A stretch of DNA of 63,983 nt, counting the filler. It is 14 parts of 14 records of this genome, joined end to end, with 100 filler letters (N's around TTAATTAATTAA, not from the genome) between each part and the next. Parts side by side here need not be neighbours in the genome. Positions count along the whole stretch, not along the records: positions 42,264 to 45,677 come from SRR7504441_30247; positions 45,778 to 49,200 come from SRR7504441_30249; positions 49,301 to 52,937 come from SRR7504441_30277; positions 53,038 to 57,055 come from SRR7504441_30300; 10 more parts are not named here. One strand, given 5' to 3'. Positions 45,581 to 57,155 of this stretch are shown here, piece after piece. Position numbers and translations under genes: made by a program. Within the stretch, counting starts at the first letter, position 1; each line of letters opens with the position of its first letter. The notes under the pieces were generated by a model, which was not told where the DNA came from, made no database searches, and saw only the letters and a program-made list of their open reading frames with translations.

Positions 45581-45777
45581 TCTGCCACGGTACGTTGGTA
45601 ACAGGCCGGAGCTAGCCGTCGGTCTCTCGGCGGCGGGGGCGGGGGTCGGCGTTCATCTCGATGTAGGCGTGCGGCTANNNNNNNNNNNNNNNNNNNNNNN
45701 NNNNNNNNNNNNNNNNNNNNNTTAATTAATTAANNNNNNNNNNNNNNNNNNNNNNNNNNNNNNNNNNNNNNNNNNNN

Positions 45778-46844
45778 ACCCTGGCCGAAGCGTTCAAGGT
45801 GCTATGTCTCTCGGTCGGCGCCCAGACCCCATTCGTGGACTATATGCTGCTAGCTGCCACACTCCTCGAGCTACTGTTGCAACAGCAGCTGATGGTCCGC
45901 CGCGAGGGCTGCGGGGCAGTTGAATCGGCCGCAGATCCCGGATGACGATGGCGTGGGCGGCTGGACCGACCAGCCACTCCAGGTGGTGGTGCGCCCCTGC
46001 GTTCGGGTGTCACAGCTCACTGGACTGGCCAGCGGGGCGCCGAGAGCACGGTGGCCGAGGCGCTGGGGGGGTTTGAAATTGTGCGACGGCACTGGGGCCG
46101 CCGCCGGATGAGGGTGTGGCAGAGCCCTGCGATGACTCTATGCGAGGTGCTGCTCGAGTGCCCATTCGAAGAGCATGACGCCCAGCTGGCGGGGGCTCTA
46201 ACGGGAGGCGCTGTGCTCGGGCCTGATGGTACGGTGCACCAGATAACAGCCAATAGGCTGCGGGTCGCCCTGAGGCGAACGGTGGTGGGCGGGACTAATC
46301 CAACTAACTTCATCACCATGCTTGCGGTATGGTGCTGCAGCGTGGAGAACCACGGATGCCCGCTGATGGGCGCGTTCCTCTACGACGAGGATCGGCAGTG
46401 ATCGCCTGGGTGGGGCGTGCTTATGGCTTGGCAGGTCTGGCTCGGTGATGGCCCGGCTGGAGAAGCTGCAGGAAGTAGAGGAGATGGGTGACTGGTGGGT
46501 GGTCTCTGACCAACACGAAATCGGGGTCAAACTGGAGCCGCGCGAGTCGCCGCCCAGTGCAACTGGAGCCGTGTGCATTGATACCACAGTGGAGAACTCG
46601 CCACCTTGCGGAGGTGACGAGCAGAAACCGTGCTGCAAGATCCTTTGAAAAGTAGCGCGTGTTTGATTTTGCACGAGGTATCAATGCACACAGCTCCACT
46701 TGCACGGGGAAACACGCAAAAATGTACAATAACTGTCACGGTATGAGGTACATGACATTGAATGAGTACGACAAGACTTGGTGTGAACAAAGTTCTGAGC
46801 ACTTTCGAATCAGTAGAATTTACGAGTTCAACTCCGACTACTAA
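45778..46844 (+). CDS. Unknown multi-exon protein, 5'-truncated; weak GPP34/GOLPH3-like helix
   Basis: Chained ORFs 45920, 46051 and 46445 can be joined by short introns; YMLLAATLLELLLQQQL. The 3' end is uncertain. Confidence 0.4.
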
Positions 46845-46963
46845 ACGTGTCTCTAAAGACTTCAGTGTACTTAAAATTTACTAATACTTATTTTTGTGTA
46901 AAAAGCGCAAACGAGTACGTAAACAATTACATGAGTTCACCTTGAGCGAGCGCTACATGTAGG

Positions 46964-49150
46964 CTAGAGCTTCTCAAGATCAAGGAAACCCTCTGCATGC
47001 GTGTCTTCGCCGTGGAACTTGACGCATAACGAGCAATCAGACGGCAGGGCCACAAAGTCAGTGAGAGTAGAGCCTGTCACTGAGCTCCCTGACACATCAC
47101 AGCTCAGCACGGTGGGTACAAAGCTGTCCACACCTGGTTCATGCGCCGGCTTCACAAGAATCGGGTGGTCATCCACACACACCTGCAAGCCCGGATGACC
47201 CTACACTCATCAGCTCAGAGTCGCCTCAAAGCTGGATTGAGTCTGACGCGAGAAGAAGAAGCCCACTGCCAGCCGATATAGCCCTGGCTGCTGGACTACT
47301 ATTGCGGTGCAGCCCGGCTGCCACTCGACTAGGTTGTCATAGTTGCCCATCACACTGTGCGACCATGGCACCAAACAGCTAGTCGAGCTCACAGCTCCCG
47401 CCTTCCACACCCACCGGCCACGCAGCGGGACCCACAACCGCGCTGCCCAGGATTGCAGTTGTTTATACTTTTGGTCCATGTCATCAAGCCGTCGGTCCGC
47501 AGCCTCCGACAGCTGCAGTGTGGCTCAGCCAGCCGTGCATCGGGCTGCGGCACCTTCTGCATCGCGAGATTGACATCATCGACCGCGGCACGTTGCTCTA
47601 TCGCGGCCACCACCTGCTGGACCCTCGGGACTAGCTGGCGCATCTGCCCGCGGAGTTGTTCAGTGCCTGCATGGCACAGCTCCGCCCTGTGCTCAACCTT
47701 CTGGATGTTCCCCTGAGCCAACCAGTCAGCCCGAGCGCTAGCCACATCCAACGCGCCTGCATGTGACCAGTCTCGGCCGCCTGCACGCCCAGCTCGCTCA
47801 GGCGTTTGTCCATTTCCGCCACTTTAAGTGACACGTTGACCCAGCCGTCGCCGCTCGGCTGCTGGCGCTGATCCTCCAGGTTGAATGCTGCCTCGTGCAC
47901 CGCCTGCCGTACTTCGTGCCGCACTTCGTGGTTGACCGCCTGCCGCACTTCGTGCACTGCGTTCTTCCACTGGGTGCGCATATCGTCCACGGCGCCTGAG
48001 AGCTGGTCATGCGACACAGGATGCCCGTGCTGTCCCCCGGCCAGCTGCTGCACTTGAGCCTGCCCTGCACTCACGCCGCCTCCCGGCTGTCGGCTACCTG
48101 GAGCGCAGCAACGGTCTCCTCCAGTCTCTTGCTGCCCGTCTCGGACGTGCTGCCCAGCCGGTGAGCCTGCAGCCCAGCCAGCCAGCCACCGCTGGGCCAC
48201 CAGCTCAAACTCGGCCCTGGGCACCACCATTGCCGACAGCTCAGGTGTGGAGAGCAGCGCGGTCGAGAGCGAGGCGCGGTCCAGCTTGTTTAGCACCGCC
48301 GCTTTGACTGCGCCTAGCCCGGCCCCCTAGCCCGCTGGATTCAGTCGGCCCGCGGCAAGGCAGGCACCATCTCCTCGATCTGCTGCTCCACTCTGGCAGC
48401 CCAGCCGAGCGACAACACGCGCGGGGAGCCTTCCCGGCTAGGGCTTGCCGGGCCCTGCGCAGGCTTCCAGGTGCTGGCGACCGCGGCCGACTGGATCAGA
48501 TGCGAGACCTTCTGCTCCTGCAGCTGAAGGCTCTCCTGCATGTGTTGCTTCTGCATCTCATACGTCTGGTTGAACGAGCTGGCCACCCGATCGAGCTCAC
48601 CCCGCAGCTGCACTGCCACCGCCTCCACGTCCCGCTGCATCGCCACTCCCACCGGTAGCGTCGTCTCCACCGGGCCCACCGACCGGCCGGCCTCGCCCAT
48701 GCGCATCTCAGCCTGGCGGACCCGGGCGGCGATGTCGTGGTGCAGCTCGTTCACCCGAGTCTCCAGCAGGTCGTGCACCTGCTCAAGTTGCTTGCCCACC
48801 TCGGACCGCAGCGTGTTCATGCTCCCCGATACGCTGCTGAGCACCTCACTCATGCTCCCGCTCAGCCGCTGGACGATCTCGCTCTCAAACGCGGCCAGTT
48901 TGCGGTCGCACATGGCCTCGCATGCGCTCCGGTCGATCTTCTGCCCGAGCTGCTCGCACCAGCGGTCCACGTCCTTGTTGTCGGCCTTGCCTGCCAGTTT
49001 GACCGCCACGTCGGTGTACTGGGCCTTGGACTCGACCAGCGCCTCCAGGTTGCGGATGGCCTGCCCCTGCGCCTTGACCACATCGTGCAGCGCCCGGAAC
49101 GTCGACCGTATGTTCCCCGACATCTCCAGATCAGTCTCACCGGATGACAT
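46964..49150 (-). CDS. Coiled-coil protein with a C-terminal C1q-like beta domain, multi-intron
   Basis: NIRSTFRALHDVVKAQG at the N-terminus; GRWVWKAG..VPW..PGLYRLAVGFF...LTDFVALP...EGFLDLEKL* at the C-terminus. Confidence 0.65.
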
Positions 49151-49300
49151 CCTCGTCTTCCGTCGCCCTCCGCCCCGGAGTGTGGAAAAAAGTCGTTATC
49201 NNNNNNNNNNNNNNNNNNNNNNNNNNNNNNNNNNNNNNNNNNNNTTAATTAATTAANNNNNNNNNNNNNNNNNNNNNNNNNNNNNNNNNNNNNNNNNNNN

Positions 49301-49438
49301 GTAGTAGGTGACGCCGCTCTCCTCGTAGTGTCTGAGGATGCTGGCCTTGAGCACCCGGTCGAAACGGCCCTCGTTCAGGTGCTGGTCGGTGGTCCGCCGC
49401 GGCTCCTCCACAATGCTCAGCGACATGGGCCGGCTCAT
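49301..49438 (-). CDS. 5' fragment, possibly the start of a PX domain
   Basis: ...VLKASILRHYEESGVTYY at the contig end. Confidence 0.35.
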
Positions 49439-49527
49439 CGCTTCCGCAGCCTGCTGGTGGCAACTGCCCGCGCCGCTGCAACGAACTGAACGTTCTGGAC
49501 ACTGGCACCGCGCCGCTGCAAGAGAGG

Positions 49528-52152
49528 ATGCTCAGGCTGCTGGGGTTCACGCTGGCGGCATCCGCGGCCGCCCTCCCCACGACCAATCAATGGTTCGTGG
49601 CCCCGGGCGGCAACGACAGCTGGTCTGGCCGCCTGCCGGTTCCGGGTGGCGACGACGGGCCGGTGGCCACCATCCAGCGGGCAGCGGCGCTGGTGCGGGC
49701 CCGAGCTGACAGGAGCAGCCCGGCGGTGGTGAGCGTGGCCCCTGGCCGGTACAGTCAGCCCGGACCGCTCGTGTTCGGCGCCCGTGACGGCGGCGACGGC
49801 CCCGCGGCCTCGGTGACTTGGCGAGGAGTCAGCGGGCAACCGGCCGCGCTGTCGTTTGGAGTGGCTCTAGGGAAGGCGGGCCCTGGTGGGCCGTGGACGC
49901 CGCTGGCCGATGGCAGCAAGCTCTGGACCCGTACGCTTCCGTTGGAGGCCCGGGCCGCTAGACAACTCTGGCAGGAGGACGGCAGTCGGATGACGCGGGC
50001 CCGAGTGCCCAGCGCTGGGTCCAACTTCCGGATTCCGTTGGACGGCGCGCTGCCGGGGAACGTGGGCGGCGGGTTCGTGTACAAGGACGGTGATCTGAAC
50101 CGGCAATATGCGAATCTTTCGGAGGTTGAGGTTATTGTCTATGCCTCGTGGTCGGCCTCGAGACATTACATTAGCGAACTCAACACCTCGTCGCCGGGCA
50201 ACTTAACTGTCAGATTCACAGCCAACTGCCTGAACCCACCGGCCGGGATGTGGCCAAACTCCGGGAATAGATACTATCTCGAGGGCGACAGATCGTTCGT
50301 GGACTCGCCGGGGGAGTTTCACATAAATACAAACACAGGCCTCATCACATTATATCCGCCCGACGACGTGCCAGATCCGAACGGGATCGAGTGGATCGTA
50401 GACAGAGGTGCGGGGCTCAAGACGGCAGTGCAGCTCAAGGAGTCGTCGCTCCCTCCAGCCTCGCTGTTGCTCGATGATTTCCGAGGTGGCTCACAGCCTG
50501 TGGTCATGCCGGCCGCCACTCTGCCGCTGACGGGAGACGCTTTCAATATAAGCTTCTGGCTGCAGCTTCCGGTGGGTACTGGCGCCGGGATGGTGCTCAC
50601 TCGGGGGCCTGCGCCTTTTGAGCATGTCCCTCAAGCGATGACGGTGGCGATCACTGGAGGCAAGCTGGTGATTGACGTCGGGTGGGAGTGCACGTTGTTC
50701 GGATCGAGTCGGCTGGATGACGGCAAGCTGCGTCGGGTCGAGTTGACCCAATCCAACAAGCAGCTCCGGCTCTGGATCAACGGTTCGCTCGATGCGACTG
50801 TTGATCGCGCCCTGAGCATCGCCAGCCGCGACGCTTGGAGGCTCACTGTTGGCAGCAATCTGCCGGTCGGCTCAGTGCTCTCGCAGCTGACCTACGCACA
50901 AACCGTCTCGGCGGCTGTGCGTCATATGCAGTTTGAGAACTTGATAGTGGAGCACGTCGGGTGGAGCCTTGGCAGGGACGAGGCGGCGGACTTTCAATCC
51001 TCGAGCTTCCTGGACAGCGCGGCGGTGAATTTGCACAACGCAACGGATATTGTGCTCCGCAACGTTTCAGTCCGTCACGTGGGCGGGTACGCGGTCTGGG
51101 TAGAAAGCAGCTCGAGAGACGTCACAATTGATGGTGCCGATATCTACGATGTTTCAGGTGGTGTTCGGGTCGGCCGTGGCAACCCGCTGAGCAGTGAACC
51201 TGCCGACGCCCGAACCCAACGGATCACAATCCACAACAGCAAAATCAGAGGCGGCGCCTTGGTGTACAGGGAGGCAGCGGGGGTGCTGGTGCAACATGCG
51301 GATGCAGTCAGCCTCACTCGAAGTGAGGTCTCTTACTTCAATCACGTGGCAGTCTCGTTTGGCTGGGTGTGGGGGTTCTCGCCACAGGCGTCGCGGGACA
51401 ACAGGATCGAATTCAATCACGTGCACCACGTCGGGAACTCGGATCTGTCGGATCTGGGCGGGATCTACATGCTCGGAGTGCAGCCCAACTCGACTGTGCG
51501 AGGCAACTTGGTGCACGACTCCCATCCGTACTTCATGTACGGCCACGGGATCTACCTGGACGAGGGCGCGAGCGGGATCAACATCACACAGAACTGGGTG
51601 CGGGATGCGTACGCCGCGCTATACATGCAGCACTATGGCGTCAACAACAGCGTGACTTCGAATGTTTGGGCGAGAGCGACAGGACGCTGCGTGGACTTTG
51701 AGACTGTGGACGGGACGCGTAATCACTACTGCCCCGGCCATTTGTGGCACTGCGCCTACCGCTACCAACCGTGCTCGTTTGATTTCGCCAGCAACATCCT
51801 GCTGGCCGGCCAGCAAGACAACACGTTCTGGCACCAGCCGGCCGAAGGCTACTGCAACACCACCTCGGAGCGGAACCTATACTGGAACGCCTCAGGCACC
51901 GGCCTCTCGCACACGTTCCCCTCGAGCCACCAGCCGCCGTGCCCTGGATATGCCTGCAACCTGCACAGTTTGAACCCAAATGCGTCCCTGGCGGACTGGC
52001 AAGCACGCGGGCATGATAGTGGCTCACTGGTTCAAGATCCGTTGTTTGTGGATTCCGAACAGAATGATTTCAACCTGAGGGAGGGCTCCCCAGCATTAGG
52101 CCTAGGCTTCAAGCCGCTCGACCTGACCCACGGGGTCGGACCTGATTGGTGA
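49528..52152 (+). CDS. Secreted right-handed beta-helix (pectin-lyase fold, GH141-like) protein with an inserted LamG/ConA-like domain; intronless
   Basis: Signal peptide; WFVAPGGNDSWSG..DGPVATIQRA; DSPGEF; SDLGGIYMLG; GIYLDEGAS; DPLFVD..DFNLREGSPA. Insert reads FNISFWLQ...LDDGK.RRV...LWING. Confidence 0.85.
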   Translation: MLRLLGFTLAASAAALPTTNQWFVAPGGNDSWSGRLPVPGGDDGPVATIQRAAALVRARADRSSPAVVSVAPGRYSQPGPLVFGARDGGDGPAASVTWRGVSGQPAALSFGVALGKAGPGGPWTPLADGSKLWTRTLPLEARAARQLWQEDGSRMTRARVPSAGSNFRIPLDGALPGNVGGGFVYKDGDLNRQYANLSEVEVIVYASWSASRHYISELNTSSPGNLTVRFTANCLNPPAGMWPNSGNRYYLEGDRSFVDSPGEFHINTNTGLITLYPPDDVPDPNGIEWIVDRGAGLKTAVQLKESSLPPASLLLDDFRGGSQPVVMPAATLPLTGDAFNISFWLQLPVGTGAGMVLTRGPAPFEHVPQAMTVAITGGKLVIDVGWECTLFGSSRLDDGKLRRVELTQSNKQLRLWINGSLDATVDRALSIASRDAWRLTVGSNLPVGSVLSQLTYAQTVSAAVRHMQFENLIVEHVGWSLGRDEAADFQSSSFLDSAAVNLHNATDIVLRNVSVRHVGGYAVWVESSSRDVTIDGADIYDVSGGVRVGRGNPLSSEPADARTQRITIHNSKIRGGALVYREAAGVLVQHADAVSLTRSEVSYFNHVAVSFGWVWGFSPQASRDNRIEFNHVHHVGNSDLSDLGGIYMLGVQPNSTVRGNLVHDSHPYFMYGHGIYLDEGASGINITQNWVRDAYAALYMQHYGVNNSVTSNVWARATGRCVDFETVDGTRNHYCPGHLWHCAYRYQPCSFDFASNILLAGQQDNTFWHQPAEGYCNTTSERNLYWNASGTGLSHTFPSSHQPPCPGYACNLHSLNPNASLADWQARGHDSGSLVQDPLFVDSEQNDFNLREGSPALGLGFKPLDLTHGVGPDW

Positions 52153-52486
52153 TACGTATGCAAACTAATCGCATGATTGGTGATTAAAGCTAGCTTTATT
52201 GAGTGGGCTTAGGGCGTGACATGGCAAGGTCCGGCTCACTCGAGTCTCGAGGCAAGTCTAAACCCGTTATAGTGATACCCAGTACTTAAGTTTATGTCTC
52301 GTACACGTATGCATGTACACTCGATGTTTAATAATAATCACTCGATGTCTCAGATAATAAAGGCGAGATGAAGCCCGTAGTTTATTGAGAATGCCCTGGG
52401 TATGCCCTGGGCTACCGTATGGCATGATCTCCGTGGCCACGAAGCTCTGTCAGTGGAGACGGAAGCAGACCGGGGGGCGGATAGCG

Positions 52487-52937
52487 ATGGTGAACTGCTG
52501 CGGTCAGCGGAAGCCTGAGAGTTGGAGCGCAGAGCACCAAATCAGCTGGATGAGGAAGGTATGCAGCATTATGGAGGCCACGCTGGCGGACGAAGCTGTG
52601 GTTCGGAAGCTTCGAGTCTACGATGGAATGCGGCGGAGTATGGCGGCTTATTTGGCAATAGATCCACGTGTCAGCATAGACTGGGCTGTCAGCAACACCA
52701 GTATGCTGGGCAGATTTCTGCGAGACCGTTACGGTGACGAGCGGGGTGCTAGCGGACATGGTGTCGCTGGCAGCGTGGCGCAGGAAGGCGCTGGCGAGGC
52801 GGACCGAGGCCAGGCTGGCGGAAGTAGTATACAACCAGTCGACCGGACAGGGCAAGCGGGGCGAGGCGCTGGTCGAGGCTGGGGTGATCACACAGCTGGT
52901 GCGAGGCTACGTCGTTCACTGGTGCTCTGGAATCGGA
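52487..52937 (+). CDS. 5' fragment of an unknown protein
   Basis: Open frames 52385-52937 with probable short introns; truncated. Confidence 0.35.
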
Positions 52938-53037
52938 NNNNNNNNNNNNNNNNNNNNNNNNNNNNNNNNNNNNNNNNNNNNTTAATTAATTAANNNNNNN
53001 NNNNNNNNNNNNNNNNNNNNNNNNNNNNNNNNNNNNN

Positions 53038-53253
53038 GGCGGTCGAGTCTGGAGGCAAGGTGCTTGCAATCTACCCTGACAGTACGATGTTTTATCACGC
53101 CACCGTCGTGAAGGTGCTGGCCGCCGGTCAGGAGGTGCTGAGTCCAGGCAGGCCCCTGTGGACCAGCATGACGACTACACGCTGTTCTTCGACGGCGACA
53201 GCTCACAAGTGCGGATGGTGAATTGCCACTATGTGTTCGCTGCCAGGGATTGA
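53038..53253 (+). CDS. SGF29: C-terminal SGF29-type tudor domain (gene 5'-truncated)
   Basis: KVLAIYPDSTMFYHATVVK|APVDQHDDYTLFFDGD...VNCHYV. Confidence 0.65.
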
Positions 53254-53630
53254 TTCGACACTTTGCACCCCGACCCGACCGACGTGGCCTGGCTTGCTAG
53301 TGTACTGGTGAACGCTCTGCGCACCGTTTAGATTGTAGCCAACTGCGCTGGATGTGTGCATGTTTATTCGAGGCTAACTGGGCCTCGGCTATATAATCAT
53401 ACATTACGCGTATCTATGAACTGCGTTGCAATGCATGGTGCCACTAATGTTAACTTCACAGATTTATATATACAGTTTCATATGTACATCTATGCACAAT
53501 CGTGATAATGGTCATCACGAGGTGTACTGTGGCGCCAAGAGATGCGTAGTTGACCGAGATTTGGCCAATAAGATTTCAAGTCTTGCCCCATTCCCCATTC
53601 ATGCTCATTTAGGTCTACTTGCTAATGGCA

Positions 53631-54270
53631 TCACACAGCGATATGTTCTGGTGAGTCTGGGGACGATCCAGGAAGGCCGTGATTCATGCTGCGGCCGTGT
53701 GCCTTCGACAGCGCCACCTTCTCCTCCGCAATCGACACACACGCGGGGCAGGCGTCACCCTCTCCCTTGGCTGATCCATACACCTGGGCAGGCGGGTCAC
53801 ATGCCCTACATGCAGTGATGGGATGGACCATTCTCCAATGGGTGACCAAGTCTTGATAAATTTCGTGGTGGTTTACATGAAGTGCGCACGGATCCTCTGC
53901 AAAGCAAACGAGCAAGGCTTGCACCGCCGACACTAGCGGTGAGAGCATGGTCTGCACGTAAAAGTATGCCACGACCGCTATCACTATCCCCCAGGCGATG
54001 GCCGAATCGTCGCTCATGTCGTTGTTGTTCTTGGCCAATGAGATTGTGAACAAACTCGCAGCCTGCACCACACCATTCAGTGCATCGCAAGCTGGGAACG
54101 CGATACCAGTCCGCCAATGACGCCTCCAGCAAAAACAAACTTGTGAATCAGATCATCTGAGCAAGCAGCGTCAGATAGCACGGCACTTTTTAGTACTTGC
54201 CTTGGATCACAGCAGTGAGTCCGGCCTGCTCCAAGAAGGTGTAGGCGGACTTCGCCGCTTCACAGTAGCT
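53631..54270 (-). CDS. C-terminal part of a choline transporter-like (CTL/SLC44/PNS1) protein
   Basis: SYCEAAKSAYTFL...LTAVIQ|DDLI...SAVQALLVCFAEDPCAL..NH. Confidence 0.7.
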
Positions 54271-54296
54271 CTGGACCAGCAGTGCTGCAAAGAATA

Positions 54297-54900
54297 TCAG
54301 AGGGCTTTGAAACAGCACTCGGGCCGCAATGCCGGGTCGTCGGGCAGAGTGAGCGGGTTGATCGGCTGGATCCCCACCGGCGACATAGGCACCTGCCCGC
54401 CGCTCGGACCCACCCGGCCAGCCGGCACACCTCTTCGTGCTCGATCGGATCGCCCATCTGCGGCGGGCCGCCCCCGGGGTTGTTGTCCGGCGGGAACAAC
54501 GGCTCCGGCGTCGGCTCCGGCGCCTTGTCGGGCTCCCCGCCAGTTTCCATGCCCCCTTCCCCTTTGGTCCAGAAGTCGGTGCAACGGTCGGTATGACACT
54601 GGCAGGCGGCCGGAGGCAACTTGCACCGCGGCTCCGCTGCACCGGCCGGGCACATTGTGATGCGCTCAAGGCCCAGTTCGCCATCTTCGCCAAAGAGTAC
54701 TTTCACAAAGCTGCCCGAGATGCAAGGGTGCGCAGGGCTCCGGACACCCCATCCGGCTGCCGAGGCCCGCAATGTGAGGACTCGCCGGAAAGGAGGAGAT
54801 CCAAGCCTCTGGCTGCACCCGACCGCCAAGCCAGCATCACCGAGTTCTTCCCGCGCCGCTAATGGCGACACCGTTCGGGCAACTCCAGGCCGCCGAGCAT
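54297..54900 (-). CDS. Small Cys/Pro-rich unknown protein, gene model uncertain
   Basis: RCKLPPAACQCHTDRCTDFW...PEPTPEP...EE|VPMSPVG...CCFKAL*. Confidence 0.35.
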
Positions 54901-55248
54901 GCTGAGCTGCAGCACCCCGGCAAACCGGCGACTACTTGATAAGCGCCAGGCACGTGGGAAGTTCAAAAAGTCTAAAAAGATATAAGCTTATTTTGATTCA
55001 AACGCCTTCTTGAGTCCCTCTTGGTTGGTAATCCCCGGACATTAGAGTCCATCCCCTTCCAGTGTCAATCGCTTGTGGCTGAGTGTGGGGATGTGGCCCA
55101 TCTGGCGCTGGGGTCTGATGATGCCCGGGTTCAGCCCGTCGGGTGCTCGCCTCTGGCGCTTTGGCGCTTTCATTGGGTTGTCGCGGCATTCTTCTGTTCA
55201 ACCCAAGCGGCTCATCAGCAACAACGCCCGCGATACGCCCGCTCGAGA

Positions 55249-56844
55249 ATGGAGGTGATGCTGGAGCACTGTGGCGAGATGCGCGGGCTGGCCCGGTCAG
55301 AGCCGGCTCCGAGCTACGACCAGCGGATCGAGCGGCTCGCAGCGCTCGAGGCTGCGGTGATCCGGCACGCTGATCGGATCGTGGAGGCGGTCGATGCCGA
55401 TTTCGGCGGCCCCAACGGACGACGGGGGAGGAGCTACGCTAAGCTGGCGGACGTGTGGGCCGGGCTGAACACGGTGCGCGAGGTGCGGAACCACCTGGAG
55501 AGCTGGGTCCGCCCGACGGCCGTGGAGCTCGGCTGGAGTCGGTTCCCTTTCAATTTAATGGGCCGGGCTCGGCTGATCCCCAAACCGGTGGGCCTGGTGC
55601 TGATCCTCACGCCGTGGAACTACCCGATGCATATCCCGATCTCAGCCCTGGGAGATTGCATCGGGGCCGGCAACCGGTGCGTTTTAAAGCCGTCGGAGCA
55701 CACCCCCCGGACTAGCGCGGTGCTCCAGCAGCTGATCAGTGAGACGTTCGCGCCTGACCAAGTTTGCGTCTACCAAGGCGGGCCCGAGGTGGCTGCCGCG
55801 CTCACTAGCTTCCCGTTCGACCACATATGCTTTGTGGGCTCCGGTGCCATTGGCCGCAAAGTTCTGGCAGCCGCCGCAAGCAATCTCACGCCAGTCACGC
55901 TAGAGCTCGGGGGCAAGAACCCATGTATTGTCTGCCCGGACATGGACTTGCGACGCGCGGCCGAGATCATCGCCACCGAGAAGCTCGAGAACGGAGGGCA
56001 AGTATGCACGGGCCCCGATACGGCGTTTGTGCCTCCGGGTACGGCCGAGGCTTTCGTAGGACACATGCAGGCGCTGTATCGGAACCGTTGGGGCGACGGG
56101 CCGCTCGGGGGGCACCCGCAGTACTGCAGTTGCATCCACCCGCAGCACAAGGCCCGGTGTGAGGCGCTGCTGGCTGATGCTGTGGAGTGCGAGGCTAAAG
56201 TAGTCTCTCTCGACCCGACAGGGTGCAGCGAGTACGACCAAGCGAGCTGCGACCTGCCGCCGCACGCCATCCTCAACCCGAGCGAGCAGGCCCGGGTGTC
56301 GCAGGAGGAGATCTTCGGGCCGCTGCTGGTAGTCCGCGAGATGGGTCTTGATCAAGCTATCGAGTATGTCAACCAACGAGATGCGCCGCTCGCTTGTTAT
56401 TTATTCACAAACGATGAGCCCACTAAAGCGCGGCTGGAGGCCCGGGTGCGGTGCGGCGGAATCTGCATCAACGGCATCAACAAGCACACAGTGGTGGCGG
56501 CCTTGCCGTTTGGCGGGATGGGTCCGAGCGGGATGGGCTGCTACCATGGGAAGCACGGGTTTAACAACTTCACTCACCTTACCAGTGTGTACGATATGAA
56601 TCCGGTCGGTCTGGCCGGCTGGCTGTGGGGCAAACTCGGTCCGAACATCCACCTACCGTACTCGGAGTCGGACGTCAAGACGATTGAATCTTTCCTGGCG
56701 CCGCTGCCTCCAATTGGCGCCATCATTGTCGTGCTCAAGGCGGCGAGCGGCGCGCTCCTGCTGGCCGGCTGCCTCGCTGTCCCACGAGTGCGTCGCGCAT
56801 TGTTGCCCCTTGCTCGTGGCTTGGTCCGGGCGCTTGAGGACTGA
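55249..56844 (+). CDS. Aldehyde dehydrogenase, ALDH3/coniferyl-aldehyde-dehydrogenase-like, with a hydrophobic C-terminal anchor; intronless
   Basis: PWNYP, LKPSE, LELGGKNP, GQVC (catalytic Cys), EEIFGP, LPFGGMGPSGMGCYHG. Confidence 0.95.
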   Translation: MEVMLEHCGEMRGLARSEPAPSYDQRIERLAALEAAVIRHADRIVEAVDADFGGPNGRRGRSYAKLADVWAGLNTVREVRNHLESWVRPTAVELGWSRFPFNLMGRARLIPKPVGLVLILTPWNYPMHIPISALGDCIGAGNRCVLKPSEHTPRTSAVLQQLISETFAPDQVCVYQGGPEVAAALTSFPFDHICFVGSGAIGRKVLAAAASNLTPVTLELGGKNPCIVCPDMDLRRAAEIIATEKLENGGQVCTGPDTAFVPPGTAEAFVGHMQALYRNRWGDGPLGGHPQYCSCIHPQHKARCEALLADAVECEAKVVSLDPTGCSEYDQASCDLPPHAILNPSEQARVSQEEIFGPLLVVREMGLDQAIEYVNQRDAPLACYLFTNDEPTKARLEARVRCGGICINGINKHTVVAALPFGGMGPSGMGCYHGKHGFNNFTHLTSVYDMNPVGLAGWLWGKLGPNIHLPYSESDVKTIESFLAPLPPIGAIIVVLKAASGALLLAGCLAVPRVRRALLPLARGLVRALED

Positions 56845-57155
56845 GCGGCCTCGTGAGAGATGGATGAATTGCACATGTAGGTAATTTTAAGTCATGTAAT
56901 TATACGCTAGAGTCGCCACTCAGGACTGCCATGAGTGCCATCCCTGAGTTCTACTTATAAATAAACCAGCTGCAGATTCTATTCGTGAACGGCGACACAG
57001 GTGGTAGCAATTTGGGCGGCGTAAGGCGATGGCGGCGGTGGTGCCCGGTCTGGCGNNNNNNNNNNNNNNNNNNNNNNNNNNNNNNNNNNNNNNNNNNNNT
57101 TAATTAATTAANNNNNNNNNNNNNNNNNNNNNNNNNNNNNNNNNNNNNNNNNNNN

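Noticed and set aside
31070-53253. USP22 and SGF29 (both SAGA subunits) in one window, as a possible functional cluster
   Set aside because: They are on different contigs separated by several spacers, and contig order is arbitrary.
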